Shown here: piece after piece, positions 14,367 through 50,833 of the stretch
Layout: the number at the start of each line of letters is the position of its first letter
Numbering within the stretch: the first letter of the stretch is position 1
NCBI GenBank assembly: GCA_965203295.1
Contig: CBDBCZ010000018.1
Location: forward strand, 2,560,001 to 2,624,000
DNA from: Nitrospirales bacterium
GTDB lineage: Bacteria > Nitrospirota > Nitrospiria > Nitrospirales > UBA8639
Direction of reading: 5' to 3'
Length of the DNA stretch: 64,000 nucleotides
Program-made: the position numbers and the translations under genes
The notes under the pieces: model-generated
The model's database searches: none
Told to the model about the DNA's origin: nothing
What the model saw: the letters and a program-made list of their open reading frames with translations, nothing else

Positions 14367-15136
14367 CTCTATTTACATCAGTGTGCATAGATTCAAGCTC
14401 TAACCATTACAGTACTTTCCTTAATGGCCTCACTTTAAAAACGTCATGGACTCACAGGATCCTCTTTCAATCTTTTCTGGTGTGTCTGGTTTATCCTGCG
14501 AAAAAAGGGGTATATTACGTATGTATATGTATGTCTGAGCATGTGCCTACACATACACTGCAACAGTAGTTATGATGGTACACGTATACAGATAATGCTA
14601 TCATACTTTGACAATATATACCGGTATCAATGTATTTTCTATCATTTGAATGCAATGAATGGTGTGTTCACATGTTAGGCATTGTAGTTGCTCCAGTGCT
14701 GGTGCTAGCCACGCTGGTTAGGCTGTGATTGGTTACCAGAGTGCTGCAGTGGGAGCTTTAAAGTAGTACAGCTGGTAGCAATATCACAGCTGCTGGCAAA
14801 GCTGACCAAAAATCATGGTAGTTCTATGTGTAATAGTTACCTTGCTGTCGTTATCTGTACTTGTTGAGGGCTTGTGCTACCTGAGAAGGGCTTGGATCTG
14901 CGACTCAAAGCCGAGGGCTGGGCTCCCATCGTAAGGTTTGTGATTTTAGTATGAGCAAAAGGTTACTGTTTATTTGTACATAGGATTAGCTAAGAGCTGA
15001 GCTGTTATTAACTTAATATTTGGTCGAAACTGGTCTTTTTTCTTCTCTCCATATGTTTCTTTTTCACTGTAAGATATTTTGTGGTGAAAGGCTTTTTTCA
15101 CACACATCACTCTATTTCACTGTACATTCACAAAGG

Positions 15137-15287
15137 CTGCAAGATGAGAGTGCAGTGGTGGAGAATGAGAGGAAGTACTTTACCAAGCTAAGGGAGGAAT
15201 TGCAGCCTGGAGATGGACTTGAAGGTGGAGTGCATGGTGCAGACTCACAATACAAAATCAACTGACTAAACTAGAGCTGGGATATAC
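15137..15287 (+). pseudogene. Isolated coiled-coil-like exon remnant
   Basis: AG/GT-bounded LQDESAVVENERKYFTKLREELQ... with later stops. Confidence 0.35.
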
Positions 15288-15845
15288 GTATGGGTCAAAG
15301 AATTTGGGTACAATTTCTTTTTTGTGGCCAGCTTACCTGATTGTATTGCAATATGCTGCACATTCTCTATTATACGTACCACAATACGTAAGTTTAAGTG
15401 CTACTGATTTTCAATGGAGTTGTTGTAGGTGTTTACCATATAATTTCTGGGATAGATTAGTTTAGTGCATGTGCAATTAATGACAACTCGTGATTATATT
15501 AATCTTTCACTTGCTATGTATGTACATAGCAAGTGGTGGGGTTGAACCTTTACAAAGATTTTCAGTGGAAAGCTTTATAATGTTAATGTCAGACAGAATA
15601 GGAACAATCTCAGGCCCTGCGAAATATTAGCATCCCCTGCATCCAAACTACATGGGTAAGAGTTGACTCAATTAGTCTACCAGGCTATTAAATGGTTCGT
15701 GAAAACTCTGCAGCTGGTTGCTGGTAGTATATACGTATACATCTAACATGATCAGTTGTAATTTGGCAAAAACATGCATATGCACATATCACACATATGT
15801 ATGTTACTTCTCTACATACATCATTCACAAATGGCTTTTATATAC

Positions 15846-17103
15846 CACTTTTTCCAGGTCTGCTATCTTGCCATACAAGGCATCTCTCTCAGCTTGAGCT
15901 TGACTCATTAGCTGTTGGTGGGCCTCCAGAACTGCTGCCTATGAAGGAGAGGTATTGGGAGAATCGTTTCAACAGCAGTAGATTCAGCACGGCAGACTTG
16001 TCTAAATTCCACCCTTCTCATTTTTTTTCCTTTTAAGCTTCCTCCCTTTCTCTTACAGCCTCTCAATTTCTTCATGACACAAAGTATTCTCCCTATAGAA
16101 GCAATATGTAGATGTAGGCTGTATCTCAATTATCGCAAATAGCTAATATGTTTGTACACGTGTTCTAGCTGTTGACGTGGGTTATATCTTAATTATCCTA
16201 CTAATAGTATGAACCTGTGTTCAAGCTGTTGCTTCAACTTTGTGATCTCTTGCTGATAGGCTGACAGCAATGCTTTCTGTGACATGTCCTTGTTGATCTG
16301 CGCAGTGTCCATGCTACTTTTTGCCCTGAGTATTCAAATGTGGATATAGAGAGAGAATACTGCTAAGAAAGAACTGATAAGAAGCATGTTTTAAAAAGTG
16401 TAAAGACAAACCAATCTGAAGAAAACAGAATTAGCCAGTGACTCTGAACACAACACTAGGTGTGCTAGTAGTGATGGCTGCCAGCAGATACGTGTACAAC
16501 TCAACCGTTACCAGTATGAAATATGTACGTGAACAGACTGCTACGTATTTGCATGTAACATTTATTGGAGGATAATAATAGCATGCTTCCCTTACACCAG
16601 AGTAAATTCTCATGCTACATTTTCATTGTGGGTGTAATTACGTGCAAATAAGTACTGGATACTGGTATATACGTATGTACATGCGTACCTCAAATCTTAT
16701 ACTGGGTTATTGCTGCATACATAATTCATTGCACTTATGTTATATACATGGACAGTACCTTTTGGCAAATTTGAGTGTATTGAGTGACTATGCATACCTA
16801 CATACTAGAGAGAGGTATGATGGTAGCAATGAGGGTGGTTTTGCAGTTGCCTCCAAGGCAGTCCTGCAGCAACCGTGTCAGCTTAGAATCTCGATAAGGA
16901 ATATACTTCACACCCCAGGTTATGCTTGTTTCTTGAGTGCACCAAGTGCCTCCAGTTTTACTACGAGCTACTGGTCATATGACACACTTAAAAGGCTGAG
17001 GATGAATGGCGATACTCTAGTAAAACCCTGGCGACTTCAGCCAGGAGCTGCTCATCATCCTGAATGGAAGTACGTAAATCAGAGTCATGCTGAAGGCTTG
17101 TGC
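15846..17103 (-). pseudogene. Kinesin motor C-terminus/neck/coiled-coil exons, degraded
   Basis: [42 protein letters not shown] (exon ends 16759). RAKSSMDTAQINKDMSQKALLSAYQQEITKLKQQLE (16325-16215). ENTLCHEEIERL* (from 16092). AAVLEAHQQLMSQAQAERDALYGKIADLEKV (15938-15846). In-frame stops and frameshifts, and no P-loop exons were found. Confidence 0.88.
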
Positions 17104-17295
17104 TAGAACATAGATAAGTACCATCAGTACAACTGACTTATTAAGCTAGAGATGTCACCAGTATTAAAATGGAGTTAGAATCTGTAAGTTATGACTATAG
17201 GCCTTGGAACGTTTTGTCTTGCTGCAGAATACGTACACAACACATGCTACGTAGCTGCACTGTGGTTCACACAAAACCTATCATACGTACACATA

Positions 17296-17341
17296 TGTAT
17301 GTATGTACGTATGTATGTATGTATGTATGTATGTATGTATG
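17296..17341. repeat. (GTAT)n microsatellite
   Basis: Direct reading. Confidence 0.9.
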
Positions 17342-18199
17342 TGAACGTGCTAGTGTAATACAACTACTGGCTAGTTAGCAGCCTAACAGATGCTGTCCAT
17401 GGAAGTGTAAGGTATTAATAGTATCTCCACTTACTTAGTAACCATAAACATACTGCAATGTATAATTAGGAACAGTTAATTTGTATACAGTAACCTATCC
17501 AACTATATTGTAAACTTCAGATCTTCATATACATACCTCTTTCTTAGGTGTTGCTACAAATTGCATGGCCTCTTTGACTAATGCTTCAGGGTGTATGCAC
17601 GCGACAGCCAATAAAGTACCATGCACCCATTTCAATGTGATGTGCATTGAAAACTGCCAAGTTGATAGCCTGGGCGCACATATTGTAGCCAGATGTACTT
17701 TCTTGTCGTTTATAAATATCACTACTAAGAGTCCACATGAACAGAGAGCAGAACTGTAGCCATTGGAAGAAAGGACAAACTACATGTATATGGGCTGACA
17801 TATACCTGTACATGTAGCAAAAGTGACATACTGTTCATGCAAGTAATGGCTGCCAAGTGGAGGCAGTGTACACTACAACATTCCCAAGTCATTACATTTG
17901 GCTGATCTACTGCTGTTCATACATGTACACAGGCTTTGATTGCTCTGCTCCTGGAAGCCACGCTGTATGTACTGTATTGACTGGCAGACACTACAAAGAA
18001 ATAATGGGATCAACACAAGAGGGTGATTAATACAGGGTTGAACGCTTTGATACAGTTATATGCAAAATAATTTACAAGCTCAATCAGCATTATCTCAAAT
18101 TATGAAGAGTAGGCTTGAGATAAAATGCTATTCTCCAATTCTTTGATTTTTATTTCAAATTACTTCTCAAGTAACAGCTTTTCCTACACTGTAACAACA

Positions 18200-18645
18200 A
18201 GTCTGACATTTCATGTCTAAAAAACCAGCCGGACGCCTTTCCCGTACAATATACACAACTCAGCTTAGGCCAAACTACTAATCTACAGCTGTAGAGTCAG
18301 AGAAACTATATTCCTAGAGCGGTACAGCGAAAGTGCTGACTCAGCAGTTTCGTCATGCGCCTCTAGTTAGTAGCTATAATATTATGCCCAGAAACCAGGA
18401 TCTTCACGGCTACCTACCACGTTTTCGCCATCTAGGCAACACAAAACTACCTTCATTTGCTGTAGCTTGGCCTGCAAACCTCCAAACGCTGCTGTACACT
18501 GCAGTTGCATGGTAACGTATGACGTAATATATTGCGCACGTGATAAGTGCGGACGCACAAACAGACAAACAAACAGACGCGGAAAACGTAAAGTAATCTT
18601 AGTACCAGCCGTCCGCGCGCTGCGCGCGCTCCGGCTGGTAAAAAT
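18200..18645 (-). mobile_element. DINE-1/HINE-like (Helentron-associated) repeat, second copy at 43648-44150 (+)
   Basis: Terminal hairpin TACCAGCCGGAGCGCGCGCAGCGCGCGGACGGCTGGTA followed by a GTTT/GTCT microsatellite. The body is shared with 43648-44150. Confidence 0.65.
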
Positions 18646-19358
18646 TATTAATAAAGTGAGCATTCTAGGAAAGACAAGTATGATGACACTAATACACCGA
18701 TCACTTGATCAGACGCTATTGATACTATCATAGAGTGCTAGCTAGCCACTCGACCAAAGAAAACTATTGCCAGTCCTCTTGCATTGCCGGTGGGAGGGCA
18801 GGGCTGGCCCACTCATCTTGGCACACGCCACCAATAAACGATGAGGTTTGCTACTACTCTAGAATCATGCTTTATGCTAATGTCTTGCTATTATTCTCAG
18901 CAATAATTATTTCAAGCCTCTAATGATAAGAACCTACATGTAAATCTAGCAAGCTGTATTGTAGAGTAAAAGGTGCTATTGAAAATTCAACCACAAAGGG
19001 CTACAATGCCCCATAGTTTCTTTATAAAGTGAAAGCACTATCACCCTGTAGAAACAGTTAAGTGACAATGAATATCCTGCATGACAACTACTTCAGTTGT
19101 GTAGCATCACCAGGTGCTGTATATGCAAAGCAGTACTCAAAAAAGAATGAAGACTGTACTACACTACATAGCTAGCATGTTTGTAGTTCACTGCTTCTGT
19201 GCAGTCGCTTATAATATATATATCATGTGGCGGCCATAACGCTTATATCATTGACCACGCACCCACATACACAGGCGGAGCTTGCAAGACCTCCAGTCAG
19301 AGGATAAGAGAAAGAGCAACCACATGTTTAATTAACCAGTACCATCCTGATTGCCATC

Positions 19359-20120
19359 TATTATTACGCCTGGTTGTGTCCGTTCGTCCGTTCGTCCGTC
19401 CGTCCGTGCGTACGTGTGAAAAACGGAAACGGAAGCCGCATGCGCGCGCTCCCGGATGCACCTTCGACCTGTGACCAGTTCACGGTCACAGGTCAAAGTA
19501 CCACGTGTCTGTATGTGAAGTGCGAGAAGATGCTAGCTCTTTCCAGCGACTACAAGACTTAGTCTCACGATGTCAGGCACTTTAACACAAAGGTTAGTTG
19601 CGGTATAGTCCTAGCTGTAAGTGAAAGCCAAGCAGAGATATAACTGCTATGCTAGGCTAACCATGTCGATGTGCATTAAATGGAGTCGGTGCCGTTCGCC
19701 TGCATGTAGCCTGCGGTATAGCTAGGCTACAGTGCTAGCTCGCCTGTTTGGTCAAGCAGCTGTTTGTAGTCTCTCCTCTGAGTCACTGCCTCTGGTTAGA
19801 ATGTGGTGAACATGCAAGTAGCCATGCTGAGAATAAAATCAGTGCCATTCACTTGATATGTAGCTAGGCTATGGCTGTGAAGAGCTAGGCTGTAGTCCCA
19901 GCATGCCTAAACTGTTTTACAGCTGATTGTAGTCTTCTCTGTAGCGCTGTCTCCACACTTCAGTCTGCCAGCAACACTACTAGCTAAATGTACCCTACAA
20001 ACCAACAAATCACATGCAGATTACATCTTTAATCTCTATCTGTATAGAGTGAGCGCAGCGAGCGAGTTCAACAAACACAAGTAGTTGTGCGAGCGAAGCG
20101 AGCACAACTACTTGTATAAT
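19359..20120 (+). mobile_element. DINE-1/HINE-like element
   Basis: TTATTACGCC start, (GTCC)n microsatellite, and 3' hairpin CAAGTAGTTGTGCGAGCGAAGCGAGCACAACTACTTG. Confidence 0.55.
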
Positions 20121-21269
20121 TTATTCTTCCAGCTTAATAATATAAACTCTTAACTACAGTCACTAATACTGAGCATGAACATTTGTTTGTGGGTGGGTAG
20201 ATATGATAGCCCCACAGAGTCTGCATAACTTTTTCTAGACACTCCAAATGGTGTTCCATTGTCAGGTACTCAATACACACACGTGCCGCGATCGAACAAA
20301 CTTGAACGAGTACTGCGCTCAATAGACAAAAGATAGCAGCTAGCAACAAAGACTATCTAGCAAATAGCTGAATTAACACTGGGAAGGTGTGAACTTTGAA
20401 GGAAAATTTCGAGAGCAGGCCTACATGTATGCATATACTAATATATACTAGACATACGCATGCGCAGTGAGGCCTCGCGCAGAGACACGTGGAGAGGTGA
20501 CCAAACCCACTAGAGTACGAGTCCGTGTGAAGAGAGAAGTTATTGAATATGCTGGGTACGACAACGCGACTACGCTTTCAGTAGACGGATATCTCTGTCT
20601 GAAACGCACTTCCAAGGCACAGCTATGGTTGACACAGTCACTGGGCTTTGCTCCTGTTCATAGCGCTCGATTTGCCATGATACCATCGGGCCATCATGTC
20701 TCTGCTGAAACAGAGGCTACTGAAACCCTTGTGGTATTGGAGCTGCAATAAGACAGCCTTGGTAAAACACAGTGATCGACTTGATTAACTCTCTGATCGT
20801 TCATGCACCAGCAGCACAAAATTTGAAGCCGTGTAACTTGGCGAAGACGCCATCTTGAATATGTGCCTGCCCCCGGGGTGGTCCCCTGGGCCGAAAGCGT
20901 TACAGACATTTACATATATATATATATATACACTAGCTCAGATTCGACCGACGCACTTTAAGATTAATTGCCTCGCGCTAAGGCGCTCAGCAACAAGACT
21001 TACAATGCTCTTTTCTGGGTTCCGACATACAAAATAGCCAAAAGCATATATATTGGTCCCTTCAGTAGCCTCAGGTAGTGTCTCAAAGAACGGACACAGC
21101 TGCTACTTTGTAGTTTTCTAGTAGAGTTCGAAAAACACCCAGAAGAGTATCAGTAAGCTTTCTTATAATTTCGACCGGAAGTAATGTTGATGATGTCACG
21201 AGGAAACCTACGGTAAGTCAGAGGCTACAAGCGGCTGTGATATTAGCTAGAGAACTGGTCACTATCATG

Positions 21270-22800
21270 AAGTACGGTAGTACTCCATATGTAGGGATGG
21301 CCCTGATAAAAAATGGCCTTCCCATTAAATGTGTATTAAATGACATGTTCAAAACTCTGCTGTGGGTGTAGTCTAGGACAAATAAGAGCCCTACGCACCA
21401 GTTAGTCTCAGATGTGGTCATCACTAACCAGAGTGGTAGTACAGCTAAAGAACATCCCTGAAATGCCAAAGCAGCAAGTGGTTAAAACCGCCGATTCCGT
21501 CTATCTCGGTCTTAGTCAGATTCTTTCAGCCAGGCTAACACGAGAATGGGCGAAGTGATCAGCAAGATTCCAACACGAACGGGCATGATTGACCCTCGGG
21601 TAGTGCCTTTTGGGCACAGCGTTTTAAAAAAAAATTCGAATTAGTTCAGCAGTGATAACGAGCACTCTCGAGTGGACGCTTGCCACTCACACGCCGTTTT
21701 ACTGTAGGAAGATACTACGCATGCGCAAATTGCCTGCCAGCGCGTGTTTAGTGGTCTATTGAAAGCCTACCTTGGATCGTGCTGTCCGGTCCTTTTCTCG
21801 AGTGGAAGTGCGAAAGTGCCTGAAATTCGTGTGTTTGCTGATCTTCTTGGAATTACAAGGTACTTTGCATGCAGTATGCCTAGTTCAACGACTCAGCCTA
21901 TCAGCATGTTCAGAGAGCCTGTGCACTTCCCATTGATGACAAATGGCAGATGTGTAGTAGCCAATGAAATCAGCAGCTCTGAATATGAAGGCAGTAAGGG
22001 CCAGCAGCCTGTGAAATGGCACTGTAGTAGTGAGTGCAACACAGTCACTGAAGCAGAAGTAGCTGCCATAGTTCACCTCGAGCAAGCATTTGAGGACCTT
22101 CTCACCCAATTCACCCAACACAACACTGCACTTTATACTGATGACCTCAACAACACCCAGTATCATTCTACTCGTGCCAACACGTTCACATACTTCCATA
22201 CATCTGCAACACTATACATCACAACACTTATTTATACACAATAAAACACCCCACATGTACATCCTTGTACACAAACACAAAACAATCCAAACTCAGAAAT
22301 CTACTGGCCAACCCCACTCTTAATAACATCAACACTCCATAATACTCCAAATCCTTTCATGCCATCTCCCAAAAAACACCCCAAAACAAGTTACAGAAAA
22401 AGCACTTTCCAAAAAGTGCAAAAACCGGTCATGTAGGGATGCAGTTCCAGCAATAAACACTTCCCCAAAACCAACGAAACAAGCGACAATGCACACCGGA
22501 AGGCGTGCACAGACTACCCACACATCATAGCGCGATGTATTTACCGCGTACCTACCATCCCTACATCTTTCCAACCACACCCATCACAAACCATACCACA
22601 CACCCATACACAACACCCTTCAACACATACCACCATCCACAATCATCACCATCCTCAACCGTTATACCACAACAACCACCCTCACATCCACATCCACAAC
22701 GATTACATACTTCACAAAACACAACGCCCCACGCTACAGCCAACCCAAATCTCCACAGCAACACTACTCCCATCAAAACCCACTCTGCTCCATAAATCCC
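21270..22800 (+). repeat. Large interspersed repeat with CA-rich body (inverted copy 35950-37770, fragment 35563-35742)
   Basis: GGTAGTACTCCATATGTAGGGATGG...GCGCATGCGCA... is shared collinearly with 37770-37200 on the - strand. The CCAACGAAACAAGCGACAATGCACAC block occurs three times. Confidence 0.85.
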
Positions 22801-23480
22801 ACTCACGAAAAAGCACAGAGCCGTCTACACAAATCCAGAATTGCAGCCATTTCTCTCTAATGAAGGGCGATAAGTCTTCATTCTCGATGTCTGGACATGC
22901 ACCCTATAGACCTACAGATACAGCCGTGGCATTAGCAGCATCTGTCTCTTGGATTCGGAGAGATTTACCGTGAATGCATTTCAAGCTGGTTAGTAAATAT
23001 AGCGCCTGTACGGTGGAAATACTGCACACACCGACAAAACTTTGTTTCTGGGCTTTCTCCAGTTTCTATACTCTAGCCCTGCATAGCTTTTGTGGCCTCC
23101 CATTACCGTGTTGTCGAGTTATGAGCGTAAAAACCGTACACGCATGAAATTTTACTCCATTGCTACTTCCACGGGGTAAATTAAATTTGCAGCGACAGCT
23201 AGCTAGTTGTCCACATGCTACTTAAAAAAAAATCTTGCATGCATAAAATGATTTATCCTGGGTGATGCCAAGGACAATACAACTGTTGCTATTACTAGCT
23301 GTCTTCCATCAATCAAAGTTACAGTTTCAGAGCAATTGAGATGGCATTTGTAGCTGGATAAATGGGGGGACCATTTACGATAAAGTGGGGCCATGTACAG
23401 TGCCACAGATGGTCCGAGGGGAACCAATTATTCTGTGACAGATGGTCTGGAGGGACCACTGTGGAGGGTGGGGGGAGGAC

Positions 23481-23596
23481 TAGTCTAGCTAGCTATCCCC
23501 AACTTCTACCCACCTTGGCATCGCTTGCAGGATCTCGGCCAAGATCCTGCAAGCGATCCCAAGGTGGGTAGAAGTTGGGGATAGCTAACTAGACTA
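23481..23596. mobile_element. 116-bp near-perfect palindromic MITE with TAG...CTA ends and 9-bp TSD (Academ-like)
   Basis: GGGGAGGAC|TAGTCTAGCTAGCTATCCCCAACTTCTACCC ... GGGTAGAAGTTGGGGATAGCTAACTAGACTA|GGGGGGGAC. Confidence 0.85.
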
Positions 23597-23888
23597 GGGG
23601 GGGACTACTTACAGTGTAACAAGTCCTGCCTAATTTGCTGAGGCACATTATGCGTGTATATTCCTGGCAAAATATCATTTATTTTTAGGAGCTAGTAGTA
23701 GCTCATAACCTGGCAATTATAGCACTATGAGAAAGGGGGAGGGGTTCGTTCATATTAAAAGTCGCCCACGATCAGTTACGAGTCCTACGACTAGGTGGGT
23801 CTACAATGCATCCAGCATGTCTATACATAGATACAATCTATGGTCTATACAACTACCATGAACACTAAATTTACAGCAGCACGCATAC

Positions 23889-24039
23889 CGGGGTAAGGCC
23901 TTCTGTACTTCTGCTTGCTGCTGGAAATCGGAACACTAGATCTCACAGCAACACATGCACTGGGGTGAATTTCCGTTCCACCGTTCAGATGGCCTGGGAT
24001 CACAGCTAGTCGCCTTGCTGGAGATCCTAATTCCTCCAT
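23889..24039 (-). CDS. AGPS: First coding exon with peroxisomal PTS2 signal, probably AGPS exon 1
   Basis: MEELGSPARRLAVIPGHLNGG...SACVA contains RL-x5-HL, as in the AGPS N-terminus. It ends at a GTATGC donor, and AGPS exons occur elsewhere in the window. Confidence 0.65.
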
Positions 24040-24161
24040 ACTGGCTGCAGCACTCGTATAGCGTGCGCGGACATTAATTAAGCGGTCCACGTGTCCCTTT
24101 GACGTTCCACGTGCTTACGATTTGCCTTAGAGAGTGGAGTCTTGATCGAAGTGAATCCATC
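24040..24161. promoter_or_regulatory. Putative compact bidirectional promoter/5' UTRs
   Basis: About 120 bp separate the divergent start codons. CpG-rich, with two CACGTG E-box words (~24088, ~24108). Confidence 0.55.
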
Positions 24162-46926
<22,765 letters not shown>

Positions 46927-47590
46927 TAGTAGCTACAATGTAATAATGAGTAACTTGTGATTAACTTTGCAGGATATGTACATGTACATGTATGATGTTG
47001 CCTGTGACACATATTTCTTTGTTATTAACAAGATGAGCACACCCCTAGGTGTACAGATTTTGGGTAAACAACGATAATGAACAAAGGAACAGAAAGTGGG
47101 CAGTGCATGCTTTCAAGATTGGTAAATGAGTCAGGTGTACATCATTTCACTTGAAAAGGGTGGGGTGAAGTTTCCGTAAGCTCCATGCTTTTCAAGACGC
47201 ATAATAAGACTGCTTGGCTGTTGCCACCTAAACACACATACAGAATAGAGGACTGTGATGCATACATGTAAATCACCATTTGTTCACATAGGATGGGCAG
47301 GCATTTACTCTGGCCCCTCTTAAGTACTGTTCATACATGCTATACCTAGTATATACTGCCTTTCAGCATTCTGAGATTCACACTATCAATATAAGGTAGC
47401 GCGGGGTGTTTTTGGTCACGGGGTAATTCCAGTCAGTCTCGCACGGTAGCCACTACCAAATACAGAACATAGATTCTTTGGAAGTCCCGCTTATGTGGCA
47501 GTGAGAGTAAGTACTACTTGTACTGAAAGTGCAGTTGTATCCACATTACTTCGTGCACTTCGCAGAATCAGCAGCTTTTTCCCTCTGCAG

Positions 47591-49568
47591 TAAGGGTGAG
47601 CCGATTATGCCAGCATTAAAATGAGCATAATAGGTATGCAGAAGCACTGAGCATAATGCAAGCATAATAGGTAGATTCTTGGGAGAAATTAGGTCACTTA
47701 ATGTGTAGCGGAAACTTAGCAAGCTACCAATCTCTTACTGTCAGACCTTGTAGGGGAGTGGTCCAATAGCAGTGAACATGCTAGAAATTATGAAAATATG
47801 CACCACCGATTATCCACCCACGCATACTTGAAGTTTATGGTAGGTTTCGCTACGAGGGTCACAATGAGCATAATTTGAGTACAATAGGGACATTTGTTGA
47901 GCATAATTGGGGCGAGCCGGAGCGAGCCCCAATCCTAGTGAACCGAATGCCAATTTCTGTGCGTTTGTACGTTTGTACGTGTGCATGGTTCGAGCGGCCG
48001 ACCACGCTTTCGTACTTTCGGCTTGCGGAGATGAAGACAGCTTGCTTTAGAACGGCATCGGTTGCGTTACAGGGAAAGAAGAAGGTTGGAAACTGCAGAG
48101 GAGAGGGAGAGAAGGTTGCAGGTGGGGCGTAGATGATTAAACGACTCGCCAATGGCACAGGAGGGGCGCTTGACGCGTGGCTCCCTCACCCTATCTGGGT
48201 CAGAGCTATGGTCTATCACCAAAACTGAGCTACTTTACTTTGGAGAAAGTCCACTCAAAGATTCTCTGCACAGTCCAAGGATTGCCTACTAGATGCCCGT
48301 TATCTGCTCTGTGTAATCTCCTTGGTTCTCGCAGCCTCTCCTGCCGTACCCCGGAGGCTTCTGGAACACCGGGTCAGCTGTAACCCGACTTCTGGTTGCA
48401 TCCCGGTGTATACCAATCAGCGGACACATGACAGTTGGAAGCTTGCTACCAAGCGACTTCCCAATTTCATTCAAATTTGTCGCTCAGCGTGGATTGTCCA
48501 CTCCTTCCGATTGGTTCGTGCAACCTCCCTCTTGGGAAGCCTGCCCCCCATTGGGCCCTCACCCTTACGAATACCAAGAAGACCCGCAATAGTAATTTCC
48601 GCATACGTCTCCTCACTGGTTGTGATGGTCTAAAGGCGGATGCAAGTCGCTTCAGGCAGAGGCGGAACGGGTGCTCCCCCAACGATCCTTCGTGTAAACT
48701 ATGTGAGGTTCCTCTGGAGGATTCCCTCCAATTCGTTGCCTTCTGCCCCGCCCTACAGGAATGTTGAGCTGCTCTGCTCAAGGAAGCCCCTCCCTCTGTT
48801 AAGGAGGCCCTTCTGGATCTAGCCTGCAACCCTGACCGCTTCTTCAACCTCATATTTGGAGTGGAATAGCTTAGTGACTCTGACGCTGCTATATTTTGTC
48901 GACTTTCTGAATAATTCGAAGTCTCACAGAAACTCCCTGCTTGTGGACCCGTAAAAGTTTCAATCCCGTTCCAGGGTACCTGTACTTTCCTTTATTGGAG
49001 GTTACAAAGAAAAAGGCTCTGAGTGAGAATGGCAATGGTGAAGCTCCTTTCCTGAGTAATGCCAAGTCTTTCAATAACTGTTGTATCAACCTATCTCTGC
49101 CAACACACAAACTTCAACGATTTTTGAACCTACTCTGAATTGTTTTTCCTGTACAACCACTAATATGATAGCGCTGTTCTATCTTGAATCCCTCTTCCCA
49201 TTCAATGGATTCTTTAGATAGGTTCTCACTCATCATGTCGTCTCGGGACCCCATCCTTATTTGTTTGTTAGCCAATTTTTTTAACCAGAGTTATTGTACC
49301 AGAGCTGACCGTCTGTCCCTTAACTGATATATCATGTCCATGATCCTATGGGCCTTCCTGGCCTTACTTGTGTCATTTAAATTTAATATTCAAGCGCTGC
49401 TGTTAATGATTAAATCGACAACTATACAACCACCAAGCATATCATAATCACTATACCTCGCTCCGGCTCGCCCCCTCAATGATCTTTATTATAACTAGTA
49501 GGAATATTTTTGGAGCAGTGCAGCATAGCATAATAGGGTATTTCTTGAGCATGATAGGCTCAGCCCTA
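47591..49568. mobile_element. hAT-like MITE (interrupted by a Helitron)
   Basis: TAAGGGTGAGCCGATTATGC ... GCATGATAGGCTCAGCCCTA, with 8-bp TSD CTCTGCAG and GCATAAT subterminal repeats. Confidence 0.8.
47908..49498 (+). mobile_element. Helitron-type element carrying LINE 3' fragment(s)
   Basis: A|TTGGGGCGAGCCGGAGCGAGCCCCAA ... CTCGCTCCGGCTCGCCCC..ATAACTAG|T splits a GAGCATAA|TAGG repeat. Internal RLLTGCDGLKADASRFR..DPSCKLC..ED..QFVAFCPALQEC (48170-48900). Confidence 0.8.
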
Positions 49569-50392
49569 CTCTGCAGTTGGCTGAGCTCCACCCACCTCGG
49601 CAGCACACAACTTTACTCACGAGCGTCTATGTAGCAAAAGTACAATCGCTATTAAACTACTTCGGAACCTTTAGGCATATCAGCAAATATTGTAGGCTTA
49701 CACTGCTGGTAGGGGGCTGATGTTTCCCTTCCTGTACCCCACGGGGCGAGTCTGCATTTGAAGTGTCGGGTGGGATGTCACGGAAGTTTAATTAACAAAA
49801 ATTTGTGCATGACCAAAAAAAACGGAGCGCTTTGGCGGGAAATGATCAGCCTCCATCATGCCTACAAAGCTTAAACTAATCGCCCTTAGGCCATTCCGGC
49901 AGCCCTCAAGGCAGTACAAGAAGGGATGAGCCTCAGAAGTGCAGCAAAACAGTTTGCAGTACCATACAATACACTACAAGACGACCACTCAGGTGAGACA
50001 AAAAAATACCACTATATATTTTGAACACTGGAGTTTGCATGTAAGTAAATAGTTTCACGGGCCCAGCCCGTCGCTCAGCCCCACGTTCGGAAGGTGGGCC
50101 TGGCTCCCCGCATATTCAAAGTTGGGGCAGCATTACGTCAGCAGTCCCAGATCTGGACTGGCGATGTGATTGGTTGCATCACTAAACGGTTGTAGTATCC
50201 GGATATTCACACCGCTTAGTGATGTAATACTATAATCACTAGGCCAAACTGACGCAAAACATCTTCTCGCACTGCAAACACGCGTTTTAGCTTTGACCGG
50301 AAATACCCGGAGAATTGATTTTTCGTAGGCGGAGACCAGAGGAGGTTGCAGGCGATCACGTGCGCTAATAGTAGAATGCAATTAGCTATGAC

Positions 50393-50431
50393 CGTAGATA
50401 ATAGAGCACGTTACGTGCTCTATTATCTATG
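50393..50431. mobile_element. 39-bp palindromic P-like remnant
   Basis: CGTAGATAATAGAGCACG-TTA-CGTGCTCTATTATCTATG, with 7-bp TSD CTATGAC. Confidence 0.75.
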
Positions 50432-50833
50432 CTATGACCGAGCTATGACGGCTGATGATGTATAGAAAACGTCTCGGGCAGAGAGGAGCAATGATAGCTG
50501 CTGCTTGAGTGATCTTGTGTAAGTTTAGTAGTTTTCAAAGTGAATTAGTCTGAATCTGAGTGGTAAAACCGATAATATAGCCTAACTAAACCGCTACCAT
50601 ATCATAGGTAGTTCGCCGGTGATATGGTAGTTCGCCGGCTCGATGCGCTCCTGAGCTATGATATGGTAGCGGGATGCGCTCCTGCATAGCTTTACGAAAT
50701 TTTTGTAACCTCACTGAGAATTCGATGCATTCAAGCCCATGCAATCTTCTGCAGCACAGCTCCATACTTGCAAGCCAGAGTTTTTGAGGGGGCGTCCCCA
50801 CCTGTCCCCTCGAAGGTTGTAGAACTACAAAAC

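Noticed and set aside
16612..17106. 164-aa + strand ORF
   Set aside because: It is the antisense shadow of the kinesin remnant.
17525..17760. Possible - strand exon ending in a GTATGT donor
   Set aside because: No recognisable homology, and it could not be linked to the kinesin or AGPS frames.
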